From contig CAWDFE010000029.1 of the NCBI GenBank assembly GCA_963801435.1, positions 80,273 to 144,272 on the forward strand: a DNA stretch of 64,000 nt, given 5' to 3'. The notes under the pieces were generated by a model that was given only the letters and a program-made list of their open reading frames with translations, did no database searches and had not been told where the DNA came from. Numbering within the stretch: position 1 is the stretch's first letter; every line of letters begins with the position of its first letter. The stretch is from an uncultured Actinomycetota bacterium (lineage in GTDB: Bacteria > Actinomycetota > Thermoleophilia > Solirubrobacterales > Solirubrobacteraceae). Below are positions 48,961 to 59,900 of the stretch, in pieces. Position numbers and translations under genes: made by a program.

Positions 48961-49164
48961 GAACGGCAAGGCCGAGCGGTTCATCCGAACCCTCCTCGGC
49001 GGCTGGGCCTACGGCGCGATCTACCGCTCCAGCGCGGGAGCGCACCGCCGCGCTTGACGGATGGCTCTGGCACTACAACCATCACCGCAAACACTCAGCC
49101 CTCGGCCACCAACCACCCATCGCTCGCCCCCACGAGCGGAACCAACCTTGATGGGACTTACACA
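48961..49164 (+). mobile_element. IS481-family 3' fragment with right end
   Basis: NGKAERFIRTLLGGWAYG...WLWHYNHHRKHSALG; ends ...GGGACTTACACA, an IS481-type ACA terminus. Confidence 0.82.
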
Positions 49165-49271
49165 TAGGTAGAGGGCAGGCTGGGGCCACGATAGTCCACC
49201 GGCTCGCGAGCGGTGGCCTGTGGGCGTCGTTCACGACGTCCCGCTGCACGGCTTCGTGATCGGCGGTTACA

Positions 49272-49435
49272 CTCGCGACGGTGCTGCAGAACCGGGAAGT
49301 CGGTGCAAGTCCGATACGTCCTCGCCACTATGACCAGGGAGCTCGAACCCCACATCGCCACTGGGCACCGCCGGCCTGGGAAGGCGGAGTGAGAGCGTCC
49401 GCCCTGGGAGTCAGGAGACCGCCTGCATCGTCGTG
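49272..49435 (+). promoter_or_regulatory. Cobalamin (B12) riboswitch
   Basis: GGGAAGTCGGTGCAAGTCCGA, CGCCACTATGA, GCCACTGG...GGGAAGG and B12-box GAGTCAGGAGACCGCC. Confidence 0.9.
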
Positions 49436-49608
49436 TAGTGTCGATCCACGAGAGAGGGGGGGGCCTGTGCCGGCCGATCATGTCTGCGCTCATCGCCCGG
49501 GCTGCCGCCACCACCCGCGGTCGCGGCTGGCGTCGCGTGCTGCTGTCGACGTGCGACTGTCTGCTCTGTCGTGGGACGACCCGTCCCTTCACCACCGAGG
49601 AGCAATAC

Positions 49609-50676
49609 ATGACCGAGTCCACCTCTGAGGTTCCGAGTGGGGACCTGACCGCGCGCCTGGACGCCGGGCCGGTGATCTGTGCCGAGGGCTTCCTGTTCGA
49701 GTTGGAGCGCCGCGGATACCTGAGCGCCGGTGAGTTCGTCCCCGAGGTCGCCCTGGAGTACCCGGACGCCCTCCGGACCCTGCACGTCGACTTCCAGCGC
49801 GCCGGCTCTGACATCGTCGAGGCGTTCACCTACAACGGTCACCGCGAGAAGATGCGGGTCATCGGCAAGGAGGACCTGCTCGAGCCGCTGAACCGCGCCG
49901 CACTCCAGATCGCCCGGGAGGTCGCCGACCAGCGACCCGGCGACCTCATGGCCGGCAACATCTCGAACACCAACATCTGGGACCCCGAGGACACCGCCCG
50001 CCAGGCCGAGGTGCGCGGCATGTTCGAGGAGATGGTGGGCTGGGCCGTCGAGGGCGGCGCCGACATGATCATCGGCGAGACGTTCTACTACGCCGGCGAG
50101 GCGCTGGCGGCGCTCGAGGTCGCGAAGGCCACCGGCCTGCCCGTCGTCCTCACCATCGCGCCGATGGCGCTGGAGGAGATGGCCGACGGGGTCGGCATCG
50201 TCGAGACCTGCCAGCGGCTGGAGCAGGCCGGCGCGGACGTGGTGGGCATGAACTGCTTCCGCGGGCCCGAGACGATGCTGCCCTGGCTGAAGCAGATCCG
50301 CGCGGCCGTGTCGTGCCACGTCGGCGCACTGCCGATCCCCTACCGGACCACCGCCGAGGAACCGACGTTCTTCAACCTCAGCGACGACCGCGCGAGGGTG
50401 CCCTCGCCGCACGGCCGCACCTTCCCGACCGCGCTGGACCCGCTGTACGCCAACCGGTACGAGATCGGCGCCTTCGCCAAGGAGGTCCACGACCTCGGCA
50501 TCAACTACATCGGCGTCTGCTGCGGTGCCTCGCCCATGCTGGTCCGCGAGACCGCGGAGGCAGTCGGGAAGTCCACCGAGGCCAGCCGATTCTCCGAGAA
50601 CATGCGCAACCACTTCATGTACGGCGACAACGAGCGGCTACCCGAGCACATCGTCGCGCTCGGCGACCAGGCCTAG
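49609..50676 (+). CDS. Homocysteine S-methyltransferase, BHMT-like
   Basis: GFLFELERRGYL.AG.FVPE, RAGSD and Zn ligands GMNC and GVCCG; GAGGAG RBS. Confidence 0.9.
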   Translation: MTESTSEVPSGDLTARLDAGPVICAEGFLFELERRGYLSAGEFVPEVALEYPDALRTLHVDFQRAGSDIVEAFTYNGHREKMRVIGKEDLLEPLNRAALQIAREVADQRPGDLMAGNISNTNIWDPEDTARQAEVRGMFEEMVGWAVEGGADMIIGETFYYAGEALAALEVAKATGLPVVLTIAPMALEEMADGVGIVETCQRLEQAGADVVGMNCFRGPETMLPWLKQIRAAVSCHVGALPIPYRTTAEEPTFFNLSDDRARVPSPHGRTFPTALDPLYANRYEIGAFAKEVHDLGINYIGVCCGASPMLVRETAEAVGKSTEASRFSENMRNHFMYGDNERLPEHIVALGDQA

Positions 50677-51068
50677 CTGCCAAACACCCGACCCCGCCCA
50701 CCGACCGTTCGACCCTCTGCCCAGCGCAGGTCGGCTCGGTGGGCGGGCCCTCCACTGCCTCGCTGCCCGACGTCATGCGGATGCGGCGAGATCGCCGTCA
50801 CCCGGCCGCTTGGCCGAGCACTTCGAGTTGGGGTCGGACGCGCACCCGGCCGGCGAGCGGCCGCGCCGGCGTCCGAAGTGCCCGAAGCTCGCCGAACCCA
50901 GGGCCCGGGGGATGGAGGCGGCATCCGCGGCGGTGCATGGGTGTGGCTGTGGCGCTCGCGTCTCGGTCGGTGAGAGCCGGCGGGTCGGAACTCGTGGGCA
51001 CGGAGAGTCGCGCAAGATCTGTCAACTGGCCGGTTGCAGTGGCCGCGCATTCTCGGCACGCTTGAGGC

Positions 51069-51633
51069 GTGTCGTCGGTTGCCTTGGGGTTTGAAGCATT
51101 GGATGATTGGCTGTGGTGTCTGCGCACGCCGGTTGTCGCCTGCTACGCGATACGCGATCGCGGTGGAGTGGTGCTCGTCGACGCCAACGTGTCCGGTCAG
51201 CATGGCGCGATCCTTGATGCGCTTGCCGATCGGCTCGGGGCAGCGAGTGGCGCTGTCCCGGTCCGCCAAGTGTTGCTCACCCACGCTCACCCCGACCATG
51301 GCTCACGTTCCCCCGGCAGAGCCGGTTGAGCTCGATCGACTGCTGCGGCCCGGCGACGCGCTGGACTGGGAGGTCGGAGCGGAGCTGATCGGCGCTGCGG
51401 GACACACCCCCGGCCAGCTCGCCGTCTGGATCCCGGAGCACCGGACCTTGATCGCCGCCGACGCGCTCGCCAGTCACGACGGACACCCGATCGTCGGCGT
51501 CTTTAACCACGATCCCGCCCAAGCGGCGCGCACCGCGCTCAGGCTGCTCGAGCTCGAGCCAACCCGGCTGTGCGTCGGGCACGGCACACCGCTCAGCGGC
51601 GACGTTCGCGGCATGTTCGGTCAGATCGGTTAA
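51069..51633 (+). pseudogene. MBL-fold hydrolase, frameshifted/deleted near 51300
   Basis: THAHPDH in one frame; GHTPG, DAL and VGHG in another. Confidence 0.75.
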
Positions 51634-51668
51634 GTGCGCCACGACGACCCTCTTCCCAGGTGCGCCAG

Positions 51669-52397
51669 ATGAGCGATGGCAACTCCAGCGGATCGCTGGC
51701 GCGGCTTGTCGCCGATCCCGCTCACGGGCCGCTTCCGGCACTCATGCTCGTGCTCACTGTGCTGACGGGCGTGGTCGACGCCGTGAGCATCCTCAGTCTC
51801 GGACGGGTCTTCGTCGCGAATATGACCGGCAACATCGTCTTTGTCGGGTTCGCCGTTGCGGGCGCCAGTGGGTTCTCGCTGTCGGCCTCGCTGTCAGCGC
51901 TCGCCGGCTTTCTCCTCGGCGCTGCAGCCTTCGGCGCTGTCAGCGAGCGGGTGGGCGTCCATCGCGGCCACCTGCTCGCTGGCGTCGCCGGCGGCGAGCT
52001 CTTGCTGGTCGTTGTTGCCCTCGTGACCTTCATGCTCGCGGGGACGCATCCTGCTTCGGGGGCGAGAGCCGCCATCGCCGCTCTGCTGGCGCTGGCAATG
52101 GGGCTACAGAACGCGGCCGTGCGTCAGCTCAAGGTCTTCGATCTCACGACGACGGTGCTCACCATGACCTTGACAGGCATCGCGGCCGACCTGCATCAGC
52201 AAGACCATTTTGCGGTGATGCGCCGCCTGCTCGCGGTGATAGCGATGCTCGGTGGCGCCGTCATCGGGGCGCTGCTCGTCCTCGAGGTGAGCGACATCGC
52301 AGCGGTCGGCCTCGCCGCGTGTCTGCTCGCCATCGTTACTGGCAGCGCGATCGCGTCAAGCCGCTCACCCGCGCCTTGGCACACACCCCGTCCTTGA
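51669..52397 (+). CDS. YoaK/DUF1275 membrane protein
   Basis: VDAVS, FVANMTGN, AMGLQNA and TTTVLT motifs. Confidence 0.92.
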   Translation: MSDGNSSGSLARLVADPAHGPLPALMLVLTVLTGVVDAVSILSLGRVFVANMTGNIVFVGFAVAGASGFSLSASLSALAGFLLGAAAFGAVSERVGVHRGHLLAGVAGGELLLVVVALVTFMLAGTHPASGARAAIAALLALAMGLQNAAVRQLKVFDLTTTVLTMTLTGIAADLHQQDHFAVMRRLLAVIAMLGGAVIGALLVLEVSDIAAVGLAACLLAIVTGSAIASSRSPAPWHTPRP

Positions 52398-53169
52398 CCC
52401 ATTTCGACTCAGCTCACACCAGGACGCGAGCGGCGGTCATCCACGACCGTCACCCCCGGAACCCGCGGCTCGCCGTAAGCAGGACCGCCCGAAGCGGTGT
52501 AAGGCTGCGTCGTTGCGTGGGCACCGCGTCGTGCGGGTCGGCCTCGTCGGACTGATCGGTGGGCAGGCCAACGCACGTTCGCCGTCCCGGCAGTGAGGCG
52601 CGCGTCCGAACCGCGAACATTCACCCCATGCGCGAGACCGAACCAGAGCAGTGGCCCCGGCGCGCAACCCGTATGCCATCGCCATCTCACACTCTTGGTG
52701 GGCATCACGGCAGCGAACCTGTTTGCCGCCGACGCGAAGGCTGCCACCGGCCCTGACCGGCAGATCCATGCCCGACAGCTCTCGGGTAGCTGCGTACGCT
52801 GGGCCGCTGTCCCGACATGCAAAGCAAAGTCGGTCGACATGGCCAACCGAGACCAGCTTGCTCGCGCAATCCATAAGTTCGATGTGGCAGTCCCGCGGCA
52901 AAGCGCGCCCGCGGCATCCTCAAGCACTCGACGCGTACGAAGCGCCGAAATGTATTGGGGCGGCGGCTACGACCCGACCACCGGGAGCTCACTGAAGGCC
53001 TGTTCGTCCTCATGTTTCCCGATGCGTTGAAGGCCGCTGAAATGCGGTACCACGCGATCTGCGCGGCGGGCCGAGTCGTGGATAGGGCTCACGCAAGGTC
53101 CTAGCTGGCCGCGTCCAGCGCCCTTGCTCGTAGGCGAGCTGGGGAGCCGCATCACCGACGACCCGGGCG

Positions 53170-53275
53170 ATTCCCCTTGTCGTCGCCATCGGCACCGTCG
53201 GCTCGGGGCGCGCCGGGACGATCGCTCGCCAAGAACTGCGCCCCGGGGTTGGGCGGCAGCGGCAGCGCCGCGGTC
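53170..53275 (-). repeat. Degenerate dispersed repeat, copy A
   Basis: Revcomp of 53192-53235 matches 60639-60682 at 38/44; a GCGCTGCyGCTrycGCCCAA block is also shared. Confidence 0.75.
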
Positions 53276-53593
53276 GATAACGATAGCCTCGCGCGCCCCG
53301 GCCATCCGAGCCGTGCGCCTGTGGCCGTTGGGTGACCGTCGGACGGCACAAGCGTGAGCAAGCACGCCCTCGCCTGGACACTCACCGGTGCTCCGCTTGC
53401 CGGAGCGGCACCCGCGCGCGACGCTAGCGCGGCGCTCCCGGCCGTGCGTTGCATCGGGTTCTGCAGCGCGGGACGGATGCAGCAGTCCCCACCGGCGTAC
53501 ACCACCGGGATGCTCCGGACGCTGCGTCGCGGTGTCGTGACACTGGTGCCTCGTTCCCGGTCTGTGAGCATCGACCCAGCCCGGCTCTTTCGT

Positions 53594-54217
53594 TCAGACG
53601 AGCGCGATCAGTTCGCCTGCCACGTGCTGCCGTCCGCGGTAAAGGCGTGTTGCGAGCGTCGCTTCGCGGGTGTGTAGGGAGCGCGCGGCCTCGCGGTAGG
53701 ACAGTCCGACGAGGTCCACAGCGATGACGGCATCTCTGTACGGGGCTGGCGCGCTTGCGATTGCTTGCATGATGTCGCGGGCATTAATGCGAGGGTCACC
53801 GACAGAAGGCGCGTCGTCCTCAAAGAGTTGACGCGTGGCTGGTCGACGGGCGGCGGTGCGGTAGCGGTCGGCGTAGGTGTTTCTCAGCGCCCGTAGTAGG
53901 TAGCCGATTTCGTTGTCGTCGCGGAGCAACCGGGGTCGCTTGAGGACTGTGGCGAACGTTTCTTGTACTAGATCTTCGGCGTCGTGTCGCGATCCGCAGA
54001 GCCCCCACGCCGCCCGAACCAGGGCGTCGATGTAGAAGGGCACGCGATCCGGATCGAGCAAATGCGGCCTGGGCCCACGGCGCGAATCGCTGACAGGTCG
54101 ACGTGGCAACGATCGCGCGAGGGGGCGTGGCTGAGCTTCGACGACGGTGCTGATGGTGCAATCGGTGCCCGCCGGCCCTTTGAGTATCGCGTCGTCTTGG
54201 AGAGCTCTAGCTGACAT
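53594..54217 (-). CDS. ECF sigma factor; start uncertain
   Basis: DAEDLVQETF, YLLRALRN and GLSYREAA..L......TRLYRGR motifs. Confidence 0.85.
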   Translation of the reverse strand: MSARALQDDAILKGPAGTDCTISTVVEAQPRPLARSLPRRPVSDSRRGPRPHLLDPDRVPFYIDALVRAAWGLCGSRHDAEDLVQETFATVLKRPRLLRDDNEIGYLLRALRNTYADRYRTAARRPATRQLFEDDAPSVGDPRINARDIMQAIASAPAPYRDAVIAVDLVGLSYREAARSLHTREATLATRLYRGRQHVAGELIALV

Positions 54218-54925
54218 CTGCGAGAACCTCGCGGCCGACCCGCTGCAGGTCACGGAGATAGCGCCGGTCCGCATGCCACAGCAGCTCACTGTCCTGCGTC
54301 CCTGAGAGGTGCTCAGTGTCGGTGTGCGCATCGAGCAGCTCGTGGACAAGCCGCGTGAGTTGCTCTGACCGCGCGACGGCAGCACGCGCTGTCTGTGACG
54401 GTGAGAACGCCACGGATCTCAACTCATCCGTGTGGCCAGGGACGAACGCGGGACGCAATCGTTCCCGGGCGCCCCTGACTCCGCCGTGCTTTCCTGTTCG
54501 CAGGAGAGCGGGACCCGGGCAGCCTTCATATGGGCGGCCGTCGGGAGCTTGTGTTCGGTATTGGTGCCCCAAAGCGCCGGTCGGGCCCTGGTGCGGGCCA
54601 CCGTCGGCGTCGTATCGGCAGGCAAGCGGTCGGGCCAGGCTTCCGGCGACGGGTGGGCCGTCGGCATGGGCAGGGCGCGCACGATCGGATTCGAGTCGCG
54701 CGCGTCGCGCCGCCGGGTACCCGCGCGTGTTGCGAGTCGCGCATGTTCGGCGGCTCGTCGCAGGTCAGCGATACGTTGCTGAGCGAGGATGGAGTTGAGG
54801 TGGGCGTTCATTGGTGACTTCCGGCAGGCCAGGTTGGTCGACGCGTCAAGCTAGGCGTAAGCCGCGGGGCTGCGATCAGCAGCTCTCTGATCTTGCGCCT
54901 AGCTGACGGCTCGTGCCGAGCGTGG

Positions 54926-55375
54926 CTAGAAGGGACAGTTCCCGGGGCTTGCGGCCGGCACGTCGGGGTTGACGCCGTGCCGGAGACCAAGGTAGGTGAC
55001 GAGCACCACGGCCGGCTTGCGGCCTTCGTTTCGGGCGAGATGGACGTGGTTTGCGTGTTCGACGAAGCCCTGTCCTGCGGAGTAGCGCTGCGCGGTGCAG
55101 GTGGGGTCGGCGCTGTCATAGAGCGTCAGCGTGCCGGACTTGACCACGGCTACCACGGCCGCTCGGTGAGAGTGCCAGCCAAAGCTCGCGCCGGGCGGAA
55201 CCGTCGCCTGGGCGACGATCACGTCAGCGGGTTTTCTGACATCGATGGTGTAGCGGTGGGACATGCTCGCGGCCCCGAGGATCTTCTCGGTGATCGGGTT
55301 GGCGCCCGCGGCCAGCGCCACGGCGGTGGTGCCGAGTCCCCCGAGGAGCGCGGCGAGGACGAGGAGTCGTTTCAT
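54926..55375 (-). CDS. Secreted cupin-domain protein
   Basis: Signal peptide; GWHSH...SGTL and GFVE....HLARNEG motifs. Confidence 0.85.
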   Translation of the reverse strand: MKRLLVLAALLGGLGTTAVALAAGANPITEKILGAASMSHRYTIDVRKPADVIVAQATVPPGASFGWHSHRAAVVAVVKSGTLTLYDSADPTCTAQRYSAGQGFVEHANHVHLARNEGRKPAVVLVTYLGLRHGVNPDVPAASPGNCPF

Positions 55376-55542
55376 TTGGGGTCTTCTTTCCGTCGAGTGG
55401 ATGGTTTGGCAGCAGGCGGGGTCGGCCCGCCGGCCGATGGCGTGCCGTCGTGCGGCGCTCGTCGGCTCGTTGCCGGCGAGACTCGTGGGTTGTTGCTCTG
55501 TGTCGACGGCCCGCGTGGACTGGCGGGCGTCCCCGGTGCGAG

Positions 55543-56949
55543 CTACGGAGTGATGTTCTGGTTGAGGTGGAAGAGGTTGGTGGGGTCGTAGCGGCGCTTG
55601 AGCGCGACCAGCCGCTCGTAGTTCTGCTCGCCGTAGGAGGCCCGAAGCCGCTCGTCGCGGGCGTCGCCCATGAAGTTGATGTAGGCCCCGTCGCGGCTGA
55701 CCGGGGCCAGAGCTTGGGTGGTGGCGCGCGCCCAGGCCACGTTGGCGTCAAAGCCCTCGGCGTCGGGCGAGCGCGCAATCACGTTGAGCACGTACTGCCC
55801 TGACCGGTCACCGAACGCCGCATCGCCCTCGCCGGCGCGCGCCACCGCCCCGCCGAAGTGGTGCAAGTGGATCTCCGAGTGCGGTGAGGGGACCGCCTGA
55901 TGGCTGCCGACGGTCGCCGAGATCGCCGCGTCACTGAGCTCGTCGAGGTAGGCGGAGCGCATGTAGTTGTGCGCGCCACGGGCCCATAGCGCGTCGAGCA
56001 GGCTCTGCATCGCCGTGTAGGGCATGACCCCGATGAGATCGACGATCGGGTCGCCGAGATCCTTGAGGGGCTGCAGCAGGGCACGGCCGCGCTCGGGCTC
56101 GCCGGCGTGAACGGCGACGATCGCGATGACCGGCTTGCCGTGCACCGCTTCGGGGAGAAACGGCGCGGGCGGAGCGGTCGTGAGGTTGGCCAGGGTGGTC
56201 ACCTCGTCGGGCAGTTCGCGCACCCAGTCGCGATAGAAGTGCAGCAGCTCTTCGGCGCGGTCGCCCGCAAAGAAGATCGGGCCCGCCAGCAGCATCGGGC
56301 CGATCGGATGCAGCCGGTACTCCAGCGAGGTGGCGATCCCGAAGTTCCCCCCGCCGCCGCGCAGGCCCCAGAGCAGCTCGGGATTCTCCTCCGCGCTCGC
56401 ATGCACGAGCTGTCCATCGGCAGTGACGAGATCGGCGGCGATCAGGTTGTCGCAGGCCAGGCCGACCTTGCGCATCAGCCAGCCGATACCGCCGCCGAGC
56501 GTGAACCCGGCGATCCCCGTGGTCGACACCAGACCGCCGGTCACCGCGAGCCCGAACGCTTGCGTCTCGTGATCGAAGTCCGCCCACGTGCAACCGCCCT
56601 CGGCACTGGCGGTGCGACGCGCCGGATCGACGCGCACGGCGTTCATCGCGGACAGGTCGACGACCATGCCGCCATCGCAGGTGGAAAAGCCGGGCAGCGA
56701 GTGCCCGCCTCCGCGAACGGCAACGAGCAGGTTCTCGCTGCGCGCGAACTCCACCGCTCGCATGACGTCAGCGACGCCGGCACAGCGGACGATCAGCGCC
56801 GGCCGTCGGTCGTGGGCCCCGTTCCAAACCGCGCGCGCCTCGTCGTAGGCCTCGTCGGAGGGCCGGATGAGCTGGCCGCGCAGGCCCTGCTCGAGCTCGG
56901 CGAGTGTCGCGCCGCCGAGCACGTGGGGGATGGTCGCTTCAATGGTCAT
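55543..56949 (-). CDS. FAD-linked oxidoreductase (BBE/6-HDNO-like)
   Basis: RGGGHS covalent-FAD His, GFTLGGG.G, GGGGNFG and YDP.NLF..NQNI motifs. Confidence 0.93.
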   Translation of the reverse strand: MTIEATIPHVLGGATLAELEQGLRGQLIRPSDEAYDEARAVWNGAHDRRPALIVRCAGVADVMRAVEFARSENLLVAVRGGGHSLPGFSTCDGGMVVDLSAMNAVRVDPARRTASAEGGCTWADFDHETQAFGLAVTGGLVSTTGIAGFTLGGGIGWLMRKVGLACDNLIAADLVTADGQLVHASAEENPELLWGLRGGGGNFGIATSLEYRLHPIGPMLLAGPIFFAGDRAEELLHFYRDWVRELPDEVTTLANLTTAPPAPFLPEAVHGKPVIAIVAVHAGEPERGRALLQPLKDLGDPIVDLIGVMPYTAMQSLLDALWARGAHNYMRSAYLDELSDAAISATVGSHQAVPSPHSEIHLHHFGGAVARAGEGDAAFGDRSGQYVLNVIARSPDAEGFDANVAWARATTQALAPVSRDGAYINFMGDARDERLRASYGEQNYERLVALKRRYDPTNLFHLNQNITP

Positions 56950-56989
56950 GTCTGCGAGCTCCTTTGTGCGCCGAATACTTCGAACGCGC

Positions 56990-59900
56990 TCAACCCTGGC
57001 GGGCCGGACTTAGCGACCCCTTAGCGACCACTTGATCGAGCTCGAAGCAGCGGGCGACCCCCCACCGGTCACCCAGCGGACGTAGACGCGCCAGTGCCGC
57101 GTCGAGCAGCCGGGCCGCGCGCTCGGCGTCGCCGTCGGCGATCGCCAGCTCGGCCAGCCTCAGCGTCACCCACCCCGCGGCGCGAAAGAAGTGCTGCGCT
57201 TCGGCCATCTCCCGGCTTGCTTGCAGCAGCTCGCGGGCGCGTGCGGGCTCGCCGACGTCAGCGGCGATGTTGCCGAGATTGAGCCGCATCCCCGATTGAC
57301 CGGGCGCGTCGTCAGTCTCCTCAAACAGCGCCAACGCATCGCCGAGCAGCGACCGGCTTCGCTCGAGGTCGCCGGCGCGAGCGGCCAGGACGCCCAAGTT
57401 ACTCAGCGTCATGCCGATACCTCGGCGGTCACTAAGCCCGCGGCGTAGTGTCAGCGCCTCCTCCAACCACTCGCGGCCGAGCTCGTGCTCCCCCAGAGCG
57501 CCCGCGAGATTGCCGAGGCGGTTCAGCGCGAACGCTGTGCCCATCGCGTCGCGCGCCTCGCGGAAGTGCGCCAGGCTCTCGGTCAGGCGCTGGCGCGCCA
57601 GTTCGCTGAGTCCCTGGGCGCGGGCGACATCGCCGAGCGCGGCCAGGACGTAGCCGATCGCGCGCCTCGCGTCCACGCGGCGAAAGAACTGCGCGGTCTC
57701 CTCAAAGTACATCCGCGGCGCGGCGCCCGGCCCCTCGCCCGCGACGAACAGGCCCGCCGTGTGCACCCGAAAGAACGCCTCGCCGTCCCGCGCGGGCACC
57801 TCGCGCAGCCGGGCCAGGCTGTCCAGCAGCGCCTCGCGGGCGCCCGCGAAGTCGCCGCGGCACTGGGCGAGCACCCCACAGGAGTGCAGGACCGCCGCCG
57901 CCACCTTGCGCTCGCCGAGCTCCTCGGCCAGCGCGCGGCTCTCGGCGTACAGGCGCTCGGCGTTGTCATAGCGGCTGGCCATGTACTCATAGACGCCGAC
58001 CTCGTCGAGCGCGTGCGCGACCGCGCGGCGGTCGCCCAGCGCCCGAAAGATCTCGACCCGCTCGAGGCCCAGCTCGCTCACCCCGCCGGTTCGCCCCAGG
58101 CGGAGGTCCAGCCCGCACGCGGCGCGCAGAGCCTCCGCCCGAAGCTCCGTCGGCGCCGGGGCCGCCGCGAGCGCCGCCTGCAGCCACCCACTGCCCTCCA
58201 GAAAATGACTTCCGGCCATCCACATCGGCCACATGTGGACCGCCAGCCTCAACGCCTGCTGGGGTTCGTGGCGCAGCGCCCACCCGAGCGCCGCGCGCAG
58301 ATTATCGTGATCGTGCTCGAGCCGGCCGGCCCCGACGATCGGCCCGGCCGCCGCGCCCTCGGGATCGGCCGCCCGGGCGAGCTCGAGGTAGAAAGCGTGA
58401 TGGCGTGCCTCCAGCGGGGTCGCCTCGCCCGCCTCAACGAGGCTCTCGCGCGCGTACTGGCGCATGGGGTCAAGCAGGCGATAGCGGTACCCGCCGCTGT
58501 CGTCCTCGGCCACCACCAGCGACTTATCGACAAGCCGCCCTAGGATGTCGGCGACTCGGCGCTCGTCCATACCGTCGCCCGCCGCCACCTTCTCGGCGGC
58601 CTCCAGCGCGAAGCTCCCGGCAAAGACGCTCAGCCGGCGAAACAGCGCGCGTTCGGTCGTCGTCAACAGCGCGTGGCTCCAACTCAGCGTCGCCCTGAGC
58701 GTCTGCTGGCGGTCAACCACCGACCGGCTCCCGGTCGTCAGGACAGCGAGGCAATCGCCCAGTCGGGCCGCGATTTGAGCGGGCGAGAGCGCCCCCACGC
58801 GAGCAGCGGCGAGCTCCAGCGCGAGCGGCATCCCGTCCAGCCGCACGCAGATCTCGGCCACCGCACCCGCGTTGTCCTCGCCCAGGGCAAAGCCCGATGC
58901 GACGTCGCTCGCGCGCTCGCAGAACAGACGAATCGACTCGTATGAGGCCAGCTCCTCAGGCTTCACCGACCGACCCGAGGCCGGCAGTGTCAACGACGGG
59001 ACCCGCCAGGTCACCTCTCCCGGGACGCGCAGGGGCTCGCGGCTCGTCGCCAGGATTCGCAGCTCCGAACAGGCGCCCAGCAGGTGTTCGGCGACAACGG
59101 CGCAGGCCGCGACCAGATGTTCGCAGTTGTCGAGGATCAGCAACGTGCGCGCCTGGCTGAGTTGGGCGCCGAGGCCTTCAAGGGCCGGGCGCTGAGAGGA
59201 CAGCGTCAGACCGAGCGCGGAGGCAGTCTCCGCCGGCACCAACGCGGGATCGCCGAGGCCAGCCAACTCGACCAGCCATACACCATCGCGGCACGCGCCC
59301 AGCCGTGCCGTCGCAGCCTCGACAGCGAGGCGAGTCTTGCCCGACCCACCGGCGCCGGTCAGCGTGAGCAGGCGATTACGGTCAAGCAGACCGGCAACCT
59401 CCCGCAGCTCGCGGTCGCGCCCGATGAAGCTCGTCAACACGATCGGCAGGTTATGACGGGCACCCCCAGCCCGAGTTGCGCGCAACGCGTGCGCCGCCTT
59501 GCGGCGCGGCTCCTGATCGGGTGGGTCGAAGTTGACGTCGCCACGCAGCAGCGCCTGATACAAGCGCGCCGTCTCAGGGTCCGGCTCCGCCTCGAGGTCG
59601 CGCCGAAGCGCCTGGCGCAACCGCTGATACTGCGCCAGCGCGTGCTGGCGGCGACCCGCCGCGGCGAACAACCGCATCAGCGCGCGCTGGGCGCCTTCGT
59701 GCAGCGGATCAATCACCACAACCTGTTCAAGCGCCGCGATCGCCGCCTCGGCATCCCCGCCCTCAGCCAGACGGCTGGAAAGGTCGAGCAGCAGCCCCAG
59801 GTGCGCCTCGCTCACCGCCTCCCGCCGACCGACCGCCCACGCTTCGTAGCGATCCTCAGGGAGAAGCTCGCCGCGGTGAAGCTCGAGCGCCGCGCGATAA

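Noticed and set aside
52400-53160. Possible genes in this gap and in 62700-64000
   Set aside because: No recognisable motifs or consistent codon bias; probably decayed sequence
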